Made by a program: the position numbers and the translations under genes. Positions 41,406-55,245 of a stretch of 64,000 nucleotides of DNA are shown piece after piece (positions within the stretch are counted from its first letter, which is position 1; the number at the start of each line of letters is the position of its first letter). Source of the DNA: Octopus sinensis (Eukaryota); the NCBI RefSeq assembly GCF_006345805.1, contig NC_043001.1, positions 132,804,001-132,868,000 on the forward strand. The letters run 5' to 3'. Below the pieces are notes generated by a model. It was not told the DNA's origin. It saw nothing but the letters and a program-made list of their open reading frames with translations, and searched no databases.

Positions 41406-41842
41406 TCACTTAACCTCCAGAGATAATATCTTGTTAAAATTACTTTCTTAAAACTAGATAAATATATGGGACAACTGAGTCCTAAATATAAGAGGTGGTC
41501 ATGGCTAGAATACTGGTCAACTGATGAGAACTCAAATACACAATTGACATCATTTCGATAGCTATTGTTGTTATTATCATTACAATGATTGTCAGTATCC
41601 TCATCATTGTCTTTCCTCATTTGTGACAAAATTGTTGGAATGATAAATATGGCAGAGTGCCAGATTAGATGCCTTACAAAACAAAATTACAAACCTTTGG
41701 GTTCTCAATACAAATCCCACAGTGGCTGACATTACCTTTTATTCTTCTGGGTTGGATGAGAAGCAGTGAAATAAGAACCAATTAACTATTGAGGTTGGTT
41801 AAATAACATACTCCTTAAAAAAAATTTAAATTGTGGTCATGC

Positions 41843-42140
41843 AAAAAGCACCATCCGTTCGTGTCCATTGCCAGCCTCGCCTGACCCCTATGCCAGTGGC
41901 ACATAAAAAGCACCATCCATTTGTGGCCGTTTGCCAGCTCTGTCTGGCACCTGTGCGGGTGGCACGTAAAAAGCACCCACTACACTCACGGAGTGGTTGG
42001 CGTTAGGAAGGGCATCCAGCCATAGAAACACTGCCAGATCTGACTAGGCCTGATGAAGCCTTCTGGCTTCACAGACCCCAGTTGAACCGTCCAACCCATG
42101 CTAGCATGGAAAATGGACGCTAAACGACGATGACGATGAT
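41843..42140 (+). mobile_element. Family D SINE / RTE 3' end with sub-repeats
   Basis: aaaaagcacc repeats, gcgttaggaagggcatccagc, (GAT/GAC)n tail. Confidence 0.85.
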
Positions 42141-42856
42141 GCATCAAAGTTAGAAATCATCATAATGACCATCAAAATCAAATAACAAGCCTGCAAGAGA
42201 GGCCCCTATTCTTTTTTTCAACCTTCTATATGTAGAACATAGCAGCCAAATCTCCCTCAGACCATACGTTACAATCTTTAAAAAAAGGGTAATGGACACT
42301 TATGTACACTGTCTGAAATGACATTTAGACCTTACCAGGAGCTAAGCAGGAACAACGTCAATAATATTCTTTTCAAATTTTCTTACAAAGAATCAATACT
42401 TTTTCCAGCACAGTATCAAGAATATTTAGTCACTTCATCACTTCTTTCCCCCCCCCCGCCCCAAGTCAGCTACCTTACAGATTAGATTGTTCATTCAGTA
42501 ACAAGTGATTCGATGATATTCTAAAAACGTGTTTATTTACTGCAAACAGATGTTTCCTCCTCTTAATTGTTTCCTACCTTTTCTACTCACCACTCCAACT
42601 GCTAACTTATCCTCAAGCGTCGTAAAACTTATATTAAATACATAGCAGCATATTAGATACATAATTATTATTTGAATCTTTCAATTTAATAGAGTGTGTT
42701 AGGAAACTGATGTCTCACATGCTTTACGAGGAATTGTTTGTAAGCTCTATATTGCAATTCTTACTAAACATCAATATTTATGAAGCTGACATCTATAACC
42801 TAGGTGTCTTACCTTATCACTTTGATATAATTGTTATTGCTAAGATTATTATTAGA

Positions 42857-44382
42857 GGGTGTAAAATGACAGGATTGGTTGAACAGAAATGCTTAGTGGT
42901 ATTTAGTGATAATACTTTTCTTCATATTCTGAGTTCAAATCCCAAACTCTTCATCAGTTCCAGAGGCAATGCAATAAGAATTAGTCAAATAAGTACTGGG
43001 AGAGAATATAATTTACTGAAGTCACCCTACAAAATCCAGGTTTTTTATTATTAGTGGCTTGGCAAAATTGTTAGAGCACCAGAGAAAATGTATTGCAACA
43101 TTTCTTCCAACTATTTATATTCTGGTTTCAAGCCCCAGTGAGATCAACTTTGCTTTTCAGAAATTCTTCTGGCTCTTTCCTTCTGAATTCACATCCTGTT
43201 GAGGTTAGCTTTGCCTTTAATCTTTCTGGAGTCGATAAAATAAAGTATCAGTCAAGCACTGATGTTGACAAAATCAACTTTCACCTTCCAATGAAAATTG
43301 GTGGCTTTGAGCCAAGATCAGAAAAAAATTATTATTTTGTTGTTGTTGTTGTTGTTGTTGTTGTTATTAGTAGTAGTAGTGGTGGGGGTACTAGTAGTAG
43401 GGCAACAAGCTGGCAGAAACATTAGTATGCTGGGAGAAATGCTTAGCGGTATTTCATCTGCCGCTACATTCTGAGTTCAAATTCCGCTGAGGTCAACTTT
43501 GCCTTTCATCCTTTCAGGGTCGATTAAATAAATACCAGTTATGCACTGGGGTCGATATAATCGACTTAATCCGTTTGCCTGTCTTTGTCCTCTCTGTGTT
43601 TAGCCCCTTGTGGGTAGTAAAGAAATTGGTATTTCGCATGTCACTACATTCTCAGTTCAAATTTCACTGAGGTCGATTTTGCCTTTCATCCTTTCAGGGT
43701 GGATAAAATAAGTACCAGCTGAATACTGGGATTGATGTAATCGACACACCCCCTCTCCCAAAACTGCTGCCCTTGTAGCAAAATTTGAAACCATTATTAA
43801 TATTAGTAGTAGTGGTAGTGGTGGTGGTAGTGGTGGTAGTTGTATTAGTAGTAATAGGGCGACAAACTGGTAGAAACACTAGCATGCTGAGCAAAATGCT
43901 TAGCAGCATTTTGTCCATCTTTATGTTCTGAGTTCAAATTCTGCCAAGGTCAATTTTCCCTTTCCTCCTTTCAGAGTCAATAAAATAAGTACCAGTTGAG
44001 CACTGCTGGTCTTGTGCCAAAATGTGAAATTATTATTATTATTGAGTGAGAGAGCAGTTCATGCCATCAAAGTGACACTGGGGTAAAATATACAACGCCC
44101 AATATACCCATCATGACTACACGTCTGATAAGGGTACACCAGGCACATGCATCACAACCATATGTGCGTGACATGGTGATCTCATATCAAGATAAACAGC
44201 ACATGACCTTGCAGGTGGAGCCCAGTTAGAATTTTCTTCAGGTTGAGTAGCCCATCCCGCTCAAAAGGTCCCTGAATAAGGGTTGTTTAAGGATGTTGAA
44301 AGAACCACCCATGTTTCCAGAGGTGAATTATTCAAACCCCAAAGAATCCCTCTCAACACATGGCTATGATGCTCCCCCACTA

Positions 44383-44444
<62 letters not shown>

Positions 44445-44560
44445 GAAAGCAATGAGCTAGTAGAATCATTAGCATGCCAAGCAAAATACTTAGCGGTATT
44501 TCATCTGCCACTACATTCTGAGTTCAAATTCCACCAAGGTCAACTTTGCCTTTCATCCCG
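42857..44560 (+). mobile_element. Cluster of about seven co-oriented family A/B SINEs separated by trinucleotide tails
   Basis: Repeated ctggcagaa..ttagc...ctgagttcaaatt...tttgcctttcatcc units at ~42857, 43055, 43180, 43400, 43628, 43856 and 44447. Confidence 0.8.
44044..44383 (-). mobile_element. Retroposed element embedded in (AAT)n
   Basis: 340 bp of complex sequence flanked on both sides by ATT repeats; no TIRs. Confidence 0.6.
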
Positions 44561-45101
44561 ATTCAATCACATTGTGTAATACTTTGGACAATTGTCTTTT
44601 GCTATAGCTCTGGTCTGACTAATGCATTGTCAGTAGATTTGGTAGTCAGAAACTGAAAGAGGCCTGTCAAAGATATGTGTACATGTGTGTTACTATCTCT
44701 TTGCCTTGACATCACATGATAGTTGTAAATGAGTGTCAGTATCATGAAAACAGTGACTTTTGTTTTCAAGCTTCTGTGTAATAGCCTGGTCATGAAGAAA
44801 CATTATTTTTAGATAAGCGAAAACTGGCAACAAGAAGGGCATCCAGCTATAGAAAATCTGCCTCAACAAATTCCACCCAATCCATGCAACATGGCAAAGT
44901 GGATGTTAAAACAATGATGATGAGGATGATGAAAATCAGATTAAAATAATAAATATATCAGCTGACTTGAAAGCACAAACATTCATATTTATAATATGAA
45001 CAATATAAAAATAAGAACTGGACTGAAAATATTATTTTGATGACAAAAATGGTGTAAAGAGAAATGAAAGCATCCACAGCAACTCATCTTTTATTAATGT
45101 T

Positions 45102-45270
45102 TATTTCTTTACTACCCACAAGAGGCTAAACACAGGAGGGACAAGCAACGACAGACAAAGGGATTAAGTCGATTATATCAACCCCAGTGCATAACTGCTA
45201 CTTAATTTATCGACCCCAAAAGGATGAAAGGCAAAGTCGACCACGGTGGAATTTTAACCCAGAACGTAAC
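45102..45270 (-). mobile_element. 5'-truncated family A SINE
   Basis: tatttctttactacccacaag...aaaggatgaaaggcaaagtcgacc. Confidence 0.85.
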
Positions 45271-45313
45271 GGCATGGCAAGCAAAAGGCAGTTCCTTGAT
45301 ATGAGCAGCTTTT

Positions 45314-45575
45314 CAGGGTCACTCCGAAAAGCTCTATCTGCGACGATTTCGTCTCAATCAAAGGAGAGGGGCTTTCTCCGTCCGAGTTGCAGATCCGTGG
45401 AATAAGCTGCCGGACGAGATAGTGAAGATGCCGACGACCGCTCGGTTCAAAGTCTCTCTTGACCAGAAATGGCCGGAACACTTTGCATGAACACCCTCCC
45501 TGTACATAACTCCATGTCCCCCTACATGGCCTTGCTTTTTGCTTTTTGAGCCAAAAAATTAACTTAACTTAACTT
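45314..45575 (+). mobile_element. CR1-type LINE 3' end
   Basis: GHSEKLYLRRFRLNQRRGAFSVRVADPWNKLPDEIV..FKVSLD*, (TTAAC)n tail. Confidence 0.82.
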
Positions 45576-47050
45576 TAAGAAAAAGGGAAAATATGGCTAA
45601 GTTGAACAAAATAGCGCTTCCTGTCCCTGAGAACTTCATCAATGAGATAAGTGTCTTAAACAACTGTTTTGTGAATAACAATAAGAGTTCCTATATGTCC
45701 ACAAAAAAGAAATAAGTTTAAAACTAGCATGTTATCCTTAGTGTCTTTAGGGATGCCCACTCTATTGCAACTATTTGGGTTAATCCTTTAGTATTTAAAC
45801 TGACTATATCCAGCCCAAATATTTTACCAGTTTTATGTTCAAACTGGTCAGATTCAGCCTCTCACACCTACCTACCTTACAATGTCCTTCTAAAATTAAG
45901 CAATCACATCACTGAAATTTTGAAACTACAAGATAATGCATGATTAATTCAAAACAATACAAATATATGAATATGAATGCTAAATTGTTAAATATCTAGC
46001 TTGAGAATAATTTCTTCCCTTCTTTCCACTAGGTACAGAAACCCTGAGAAAGTTCATAAACACTGCCCTTATTCCTGACTAAATGACACATGAAAATTTT
46101 TTTTATTCTGAATTAATATTTAGTAGTCATGGTCCTCAAGAAACTTTTAGTCCCGCACAACTAATAGACCGACCAGCATTCTAAAACTGAATTTCTTTTG
46201 ACTTTTTTCAAATAGAAGCTTACAGCAAACATTTCTACACATGATATGATATAAAAATATGAATAAAAATGCTTGTCACCACATGTAATAACTTTCTAAC
46301 ATATTATATCTCAAAACTGAATTCTATGATGATATCATAAAAATCTCTATCTGTTATATTATGCCAATATTTGTTCTATTCTTTAATGTAAAGAATAACT
46401 AACAACATATAATATAGTAACCACACAGACACACACATACACACAAACCAAAATAATAACTATTCATTTTATTTCTATGTTGATAAAAAAAAACTGGATT
46501 TACAATTTGTCAATAGCAATAAATTCCAACAGTGATATGGATTTTAATATAGTAACAATAAATTTTAATATATGTAATACAGTCTTGGGAAATAAACTTA
46601 ACATTCTACAGTTATTTCTATATCATTTTTTTGTATCTACTTGCAGTTTTTGTTTTTGTTATTTTGTTTCTATAGGTATTTTTTAATTGTTTCTTTTCCA
46701 TTTTGCTTTGCTTTGTTTATGGTTATTTAATATTTTTTAAAGTTACAAAAGAGAGAAAATATAGCTTGCCTTTAGACTTAAACAGAAAATAAAAGTTAAC
46801 AGATAAAAATCAATTGGGAGTTGATAGAAACAAGGGGAACTACACACCTATTCACAGAAATTTAAGCATAATTATGAGAGAAAATATTCAAGGAAAATAG
46901 GCCAACAATCGACCAATCATGAATATCCGTAAGTGTGTGTGCATGTGTGCCTATATAAATACATAAATATATATATATATATACACAAACACTTAAGTAT
47001 ATATATTTATATTTAGGTATACATAAATATAAGTATGTGCATATATATAT

Positions 47051-48281
47051 GATTGATTGATTGATTGATTCTAGTTTCAGCTTATGAGCTGTGGCCATGC
47101 TGGGGCACCGCCATTTGTGTGCTACTTGGTTTCACTTCATGGAGGCTTTCTAGCGACTGCTATTTGGTGCAGAGAGAGTTCGATGCAGTGCCCTCATCTG
47201 TCCCTCCTGCCGTGAAGTTGGTTCATCTGGGACACCTGACAGGAAGAGAGATCCAGCTTCATTTTAAAGACATCTGTATCCACCCCATGCAGGTCTCTCA
47301 GGTTCTGGGAGGATATTGAAGAGCTGTGGGCCTCGGAAGCCCAGGCTATCACAGAATCTGGTCCTACATCTTGATGGCAGGTTTGGAGTCCTAGGCACTA
47401 CGCAGTGGCGCCCAGTTCTGGCATTTGCGTAACTCTCGATGCCAAAGTTCAGGACAATTCCTCCAGGATCTTCCAGATGTATATTATGGCATATCTTTCC
47501 CGCCTACGCTCCAGGGAATATAATTTTAATCTCTTGAGTCTTTCCCAGTAGCTTACATTTGCATAGAGGCTATCTTCTTTGTGTAGCTTCGTTGGATCGC
47601 CTCAAGTTCTGTGATCAAATTGACACTGGATGGTGACCATAGCTGAGAGCAATAGTCAAAGTGGCTTAGGACAAGTGTCTTCCAGAGGACCATCATGGTT
47701 TCTTGTTTCTTGTTCTAAAGGTCTAAGAATCCATCCAGCCAGCCGTCTACATTTCATTGTCAGTTTAGCAACATGTACATGAAAGGTCGCGTCATCACTC
47801 ATGTGAATACCCAGGTCACGCACTGATTGTGCCTCTGGGATTGCAATCCCTCCGGGTCCAGTGTATTCATTGGGTATTGCATTCAGTTTGCATGCTGATA
47901 GTATAAAGCTTGAAACTTTCCAGCATTGAACTGCATGCTATTCTTTTCAGCCCACTTGTATATTTCGTCCAGCTCAACATTGCAGGTGTTTAGTGTCCTC
48001 AGGGTTCTGTATTTCCTGTGAAACTTTTGTATCATCTGCATAACTTGTGATCGTGGCTCTCTGCATGGCTGAGGGCATGTCTGAGAGGGCCATTATGAAC
48101 AGTAGTGGTCCCAGAACAGTGCCCTGCGAACACCGCTCACTATTTGTGTGTTAATGGAGGTGGCCCCATTGGCTACTACCACCTGACTTCTATCCTTCAG
48201 AAAGTCATGAAGCCATTCTCCCAATTTTCCAACTATGTTGAGATCACGCAGTTTGTGACATATCATTCCATGATCGACTTT
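47051..48281 (-). mobile_element. 5'-truncated CR1/L2-group LINE (RT to 3' end)
   Basis: KVDHGMICHKL...SGV/QGTVLGPLLFI...SYADDTKV...SLERRRERY...; tail ggcggtgccccagcatggccacagc..ctgaaac + (ATCA)n. Confidence 0.9.
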
Positions 48282-48501
48282 ATATATATATATAGTTAGG
48301 TATATATATAAATGTATATATATATCCATATATATATACAAATATATATTTCGTTTTGGGATTTGGTTTGCAAGCTTCTTTATGTGAGTTCGTATGTTGA
48401 AGCATATTCTGTTGTGTCTGGGGAGAGTCATTTTCTTTTTGTGCCTTATAATTTATGACACTCACCGGTAAAATTTCCACTTATTTCTTATTTTTATTTT
48501 C

Positions 48502-48538
48502 CTAAAATTTTCATTGTGTCTTGCAACCTTTTCAATAG
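48502..48538 (-). ncRNA. Minimal hammerhead-like motif
   Basis: cta TTGAAAA g GTTG caagaca CAAT GAAA AT TT tag. Confidence 0.55.
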
Positions 48539-49178
48539 ACTTAACAACTCTGTCCGTTATTTACACTGCATTCCTTTTTTTTGTTTGTGCGCATGTGTGT
48601 GGGTCTCTGTGTGTGTGCTTATGCACACATGCATGTACATATGTATGTGTGTATGTATGCATGTGTATGTATGTATATATGTGTGTATGTGTGCATGTGT
48701 ATGTATGTATATATGTGTGTATGTGTGCATGTGTATGTATGTATATATGTGTGTATGTGTGCATGTGTATGTATGTATATATGTGTGTGTGTGCATCTGT
48801 ATGTATGTATCCTGTATATTCATGTGCTTGCATGTCTGTGTTTGTGTATTTTCTATGTATGTGTGTGTGTGAGCGTGTGTTTGTATTTGTATGCACCTCT
48901 GTCTCCATGTGTGTGCATGTATGTGTGTGTGTGTGTTATGCAACTATGTACCATGTTTGTATGTATGGATGGATGTGCATCTCTATATATATATGGATCC
49001 GTATCTCCATATGTGTCCTTGTGTGGAGTAAAGTGTGTGTGTATATATGATCATGTGTGTCAGTCACCATTTGCATATGTGTGCTTGTCTGTTCTTATAA
49101 CCTATGTACCTATCCGTCTGTATGTTGATCTGTTTATTTTCATAGTCATATGCTTACATACAAAAAATGTAAGCATAA

Positions 49179-49234
<56 letters not shown>

Positions 49235-49901
49235 TACATATACCATGTTCTCCGTTTTTTTTTTTGGGGTTTTTCTTTGCATCTTTGCTGCCATACACAT
49301 TTGCTAGCTTTCTTACAAAGGGGTCTAATGCTTAGACTTTTTTGGAGGCAACTGGATCGAACCATCTCAAGTGTACCTGTCCAAAATGGTCATGACTTCT
49401 GGTACTTGACTGATGAAAGAAAGCTAAGAATAACCTTTCTTTTTTCGCTTGTCCTTCTAATTGTTGTTTTTCTGGTCCGCCTCTGAGTCGTCTATCCATC
49501 CAAATGTTTTAATGCCCTCTATTGCACGTTTGTTCCATTTTTATATATATATAAATTTGAGAGGGGAACCATTAAGTAGTGATAAATAAAATTGTAATGT
49601 TATTATCAGTTTGAATATATATATATTTTATTTTTAGTGAAGCAGGTGCTTGTGTAGTTCCCTAATATATATGAATATATTTGTATATCTTATATATGAT
49701 TAATAATTTTGCCTATATGGCTTTTACGCTCACAGCCAATAATGTTATTATTTTTAGGAATAATAATGTTCTTTATATTTATATTTACATACACACACAC
49801 ATATATATATAGGGAGAGTTTACAAAAAAAACAAGAGACAAAAACAGGTGGTGTACGAAACAAACAGATGTATTAGTATAATGCTCAGGAATAGAAAAAG
49901 T

Positions 49902-49937
49902 CTTTTACGTTTCGAGCCTACGCTCTTCTACAGAAAG
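49902..49937 (-). ncRNA. Minimal hammerhead-like motif
   Basis: cttt CTGTAGA a GAGC gtag GCTC GAAA CG TA aaag: helices I and II perfect, core has U at position 6. Confidence 0.62.
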
Positions 49938-50539
49938 GGACACAGAAAAAACAAAGAGAGAAAAAATGTATGTGTGTAGTGGCTAACGATCTATCATGAC
50001 ATCTCATATATAATATATATATAAGCTTTTGGTGTGAATGGTTTTATTATACGGTGCCATATTTTACAATCCTGTAAATAATAATAATGGTAATTTTATA
50101 TAAGCTTAAAGCTTATATAAAAATACCATATATATATATATATATATATATAAATACTTTAGTTTACTTTACTTTTCCAGTAAGATAAGATCAAGAAAAA
50201 AAGTTATTCCATCCAGTGTGAGATGAATATTTTTATGTACACAGTATATAGTTTTGAGCTGCAAATATTTTCATACACTGAAGATTTTATCTAGATAGGT
50301 TTTTAAAACATGTCTAGTGTCCCCAAGTAATCTTCAGACTCAGAACACATGACCTGTACAAGTTACAAATCAGGATGACAGAACAAGAGAAACCATGTGA
50401 AAATAAGCAAAATGAAAATTGATGCAAAAAGTAGAAGGATGAAAGACATGAAACACAAAAGGAAAAAAAAAAAGAAAAGAATTAGAGTTATGTTCCATTT
50501 TACCATAAAGTCATTAGACTAGATGGTGTAAGATCAACA

Positions 50540-51670
50540 GATGGGGTCTAAAGTCTATGATACAACTGCTCGATTCAGAGAGGGTGGTGTTCTCCAATTC
50601 ACCATAAGAAACTTGTCCATATGCTTCTGATTTCTATTTGCTGAAAATTTCTGAGATGGAATTTAGCAGTGCAGATCTGAAAAGGATATGCAATCTTTCA
50701 GCTAAGCATAAATTTCGTTTTTTGATCCATTAACTATGATTTTTCATTTGATTGCATGTGTCATGGAGTTGGTCTTCAAACCCCATATGTGACTAGCCAA
50801 GTTGGTGACTTTACTTTTGTCCATGTGTCAGATAGAAGATAGGTGGTTAGCATAGCATCTGCGGCGAGCTGGCAGAAACGTGAGCACGCCGGGCAAAATG
50901 CTTAGCAGTATTTCGTCTGCGTTACGTTGTGAGTTCAAATTCCGCCGAGGTCGACTTTGCCTTTCATCCTTTCGGGGTCGATAAATTAAGTACCAGTTAC
51001 GCACTGGGGTCGATGTAATCGACTTAATACCTATGTCTGTACTTGTTTGTCCCCTCTGTGTTTAGCCCCTTGTGGGTAATAAAGAAATAGGTTAGCATAG
51101 CATCGTTTAAAGTCACCTTCCCATAGCCCAGTGTTAATTCTTCTTTTTGGTTAGATTACCATGTAGTGTTGCTGTAACTTCTGCCTCATATATGATGGAG
51201 TTTATCATGTACCTCTGGTTGAGTGGACAAGCTCCATGATCTCAACAGTTACAACTGGGAGTGGCTCTTGGTGATGTTTACAGGAAATGGTGTTCTTCAT
51301 ATATGATAATTTGAGTGTCTGTTAAAGATATTTCTGCATTTGTTATTTTCTGGGAAATATTTCTCTTACAGACAGAAATCTTTTACCTATGCTAGTTTTA
51401 ACAATCAGGAATGAAAGGTGAGACCAACCAAATTATTTTCGCAAATGTATTCTTAATTCTATTTTTATTATTCATACCATTGCTAAAAGTGTTGTAGCAT
51501 TACTTATCTATTAGATAGGGCACTGTTATAGTAGGGATGGGGCTGCCTTCTCAAAAATTTCTTTGAGAAGTTGGACATCATATTACAAATGGTGGCTATC
51601 CGGGTTTTGGGGAAAATGGAGAACACCACCCTCTCCAGATTGAGCATTTGTATCACAAACTTTAGATCCT
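50540..51670 (-). mobile_element. Decayed Naiad-like PLE 3' part with an inverted terminal segment
   Basis: RKIIW..PF..KTSIGKRFL...SCNC*DHGACPLN...IIYEAEV...GLWEGDFKRCYANHLSS...LASHIWGLK; 50545-50596 is repeated inverted at 51617-51668. Confidence 0.82.
50860..51089 (+). mobile_element. SINE family A
   Basis: 15-bp TSD ggttagcatagcatc at 50845-50859 and 51090-51104. Confidence 0.92.
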
Positions 51671-51789
51671 TTCCAGTATTAGGGCACTACAATGCATCCG
51701 AAGACCTCAAAATAGCACTGACAATGATACCAGGAAATCAATGAAGGCCATAGCCAAAGAACTTCATATGAGTATAAATACAAATGTCT

Positions 51790-52061
51790 GTGTATATATA
51801 TATGTATGTGTATATGTATATATATATATATAAATTGCATATATTTGTATTTATACATAAGTGTAGGCATATTTATATACATGCATATACGTGTGTGTGT
51901 GTATGTGAGTGAGTATGGATGTAAGATTATATATATGTATATAACTATGTGTGTGTATATATATGTATGTATGTATATGTAAATTATACATATATGTATA
52001 TATATATATATATGTGTGTGTGGTGTGTGTGTGTGTGTGTGTGTGCATATGTGTGTAAGGG

Positions 52062-52099
<38 letters not shown>

Positions 52100-52148
52100 A
52101 ACGAACAAATATAGACATACATATGTGTACATATTTATATCTATATAG

Positions 52149-52180
<32 letters not shown>

Positions 52181-52913
52181 GTTGTATACTGTCACGTTCA
52201 CGTTAGATTGACAGTATACAACCATTCTATCGCCCCACCACCGTACATATCTCTATGAGAGATTTAGAAATTTAATATTTCTGATATATATATATATACA
52301 TATGTTCATATCCATGTATGCTTGTATACATATCATATATATATGTGTATATATACTCACATACACACCCACACACACACATATATATATAGATATACAT
52401 ATCTGTGTGTGTATGTATGTATGTATGTATGTATGTATGTATGTATGTATGTATGTATGTATACTTATGTATTATGTATCTACAGACACACACATATGCA
52501 TGCATATATAATATAGCTAGCAATCAAGATAAGTAGAAGGCTATATATGTGTGCATATGAGAGAAAGAGATAAAGAGTTTGTTTATGAGTGCATACAACT
52601 ATAGATATGGTTTTTATCAATATATATTCATACATATATGTTTGTATGTTTGAGAGCATGCTTGTATTTGTGTATAAATATATATAATGCAAACATATAA
52701 AGACTGCATGTATGATTATATACTATTATGTATGCATCTATGTGTGTGTGTGTGTGTATGCATGGTTGTGTGTGTGTGTGTATTGTACACACATGTGTCT
52801 GTATATGTATATATATATATATATATATTCATATACCCATAGATATATAAACACATATATACACACAAATATGTATATGTACATATATATATATATATAC
52901 ATATATATACATG

Positions 52914-52979
<66 letters not shown>

Positions 52980-53858
52980 GGCAATAGATATATGCACACA
53001 TTATACATACCTTGCTATATATGTATGTATGTATGTATATATATATATAATATGTATGTATGTATGTATATATATATATATAGATATATATATATATATA
53101 ATATATAATATTTATGCATGTATGTATATATATATATATATATTTATGTAAATATATATATATATATAATATGTATGTATGTATATACATATATACATAT
53201 ATATGCATGTATGTACATGAACATACATTTGTTCGAGGTAATACAAAACACAAAAATACTTAATAAATATATAGATACTTGCAGACACATAATTTCACAA
53301 ATAAAATATACATGCATATGGAGAAGCAGATGCCTGTTATATTGCATAAAGGTGGGAAGGTGAGAGACACATTTATGTATACATATTGGCATGCACTTTA
53401 TTGGTAAACTGTATTCAGCAAGAAATGATATTGTAACGAGAAAGAATATATGGCATCGATTATTGATAGTAGACACTTGTGCTAATGATAGATCTAACGA
53501 TGATACAGGGGTTGGTATTGATAAAATGGAAATATTTATCGCAGCCCATTTATGGGTTTTCCTTTCAAATCTATTTCATCAATCCAATTCACAAGATAAT
53601 TAGTGTACAGCGCTGTCATCCCTTCTCATTCTGTTGATAGCACATAAAAATCAGCGAGGAGAAATGCGTATATGATTTATATAAAGAAACCACAAAAGTC
53701 ATGCCAACGCTGCTCTCTAATTGAAGTTACACTCTATCAAAAACTATACATATGTATGTATATGCGTGTATAATTACGTATAAGTATATTATATGTGTAT
53801 GTGCATGTGTGTGTATGCATGTGTGTGTGCATATATACATACATACATACAATATATA

Positions 53859-53899
<41 letters not shown>

Positions 53900-53981
53900 T
53901 ATATGTACATATATATATATGCACATATATATATATATATATATGTACATATATAGATATCTGGAGATATATGGGTTTCTT

Positions 53982-54019
<38 letters not shown>

Positions 54020-55002
54020 CACTCATATGTACATACATATATATATATACACATACATACATGTACACACACATATATACATATATATATTATATATGGG
54101 TATCTCTCTCTGTCTTTCTATAGAGATGGATAGATATAGATATGTATGTATACACACACATATATGTATACACATAATCACACATGAATATAAAATATCA
54201 CTACGTTTTCATATATTACATTTTATATGTGTTTGTACATCCACATACACCACACACAAACACACATATATATAAAAATATACACATATGTATACAAAAC
54301 CTACAAATATATGCATGTATATATATGTACATTTATATATAACTATATACATAAATATATATGCATAAAAATATATATTTATATACGTATGTATATACAC
54401 CAATATATATCAATTTATACATGTATATAGAGAAATATGTGTGTGGGTATAGGGAAATATATATATCTTTATATATAGAGAAATATATATTATACATATA
54501 TATATATACATAAATACATATGTACATGTATATATGTATATAAAATATATAAATGCGTATAAGTGTCAATACATACAGATGTGTGTGTATGTATATATAT
54601 GTATAAATGTAACACACACTGTCATATATATAGACACACACATGCTCATACATATATACACACACATTCATACATGTATATATATACTCACACACACACA
54701 TATACTCATACATATACATACACATATACATACATATATAAAGACTCACATATTCATACATATGTTCCTGCATATATATCTATATACATATGTGTGTGTG
54801 TGTGTGTGTGTGTAGATATTTATATATACATATATGTGTGTGTGTGTGTGTGAGTGTGTGTGTGAGTGTGTGTGTGTTTGTATATATATATATACACCAA
54901 TGGTAGGACAAAAAGAACACACACACACATATATATACATATATATGCACATGAATTATATATATATGTACATGCATATATATTTTACATATATGTATGC
55001 CA

Positions 55003-55033
<31 letters not shown>

Positions 55034-55164
55034 CATACATACATACATACATACATACTACATACATAAATACATACATACATACAAACATGCATATGTA
55101 TATACATGCATACACAGAAGTATTAATATTGACAATGAAACATACACACCAATATCCATTATAG

Positions 55165-55209
<45 letters not shown>

Positions 55210-55245
55210 ATATACATACATATACGCATGATACGTATGTATGTA
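51790..55245. repeat. Extended compound TA/TG/TACA/GA microsatellite field with small unique islands
   Basis: Directly visible. Confidence 0.9.

Noticed and set aside
50690-51250. In-frame TGA codons in the Naiad-like endonuclease read as selenocysteine
   Set aside because: They fall at positions expected to be Arg or Trp (CGA/TGG decay), not Cys, and the copy has frameshifts.
51700-51775. DNDTRKSMKAIAKELHMS, a Tc1/mariner HTH-like fragment
   Set aside because: Too short to support a call.
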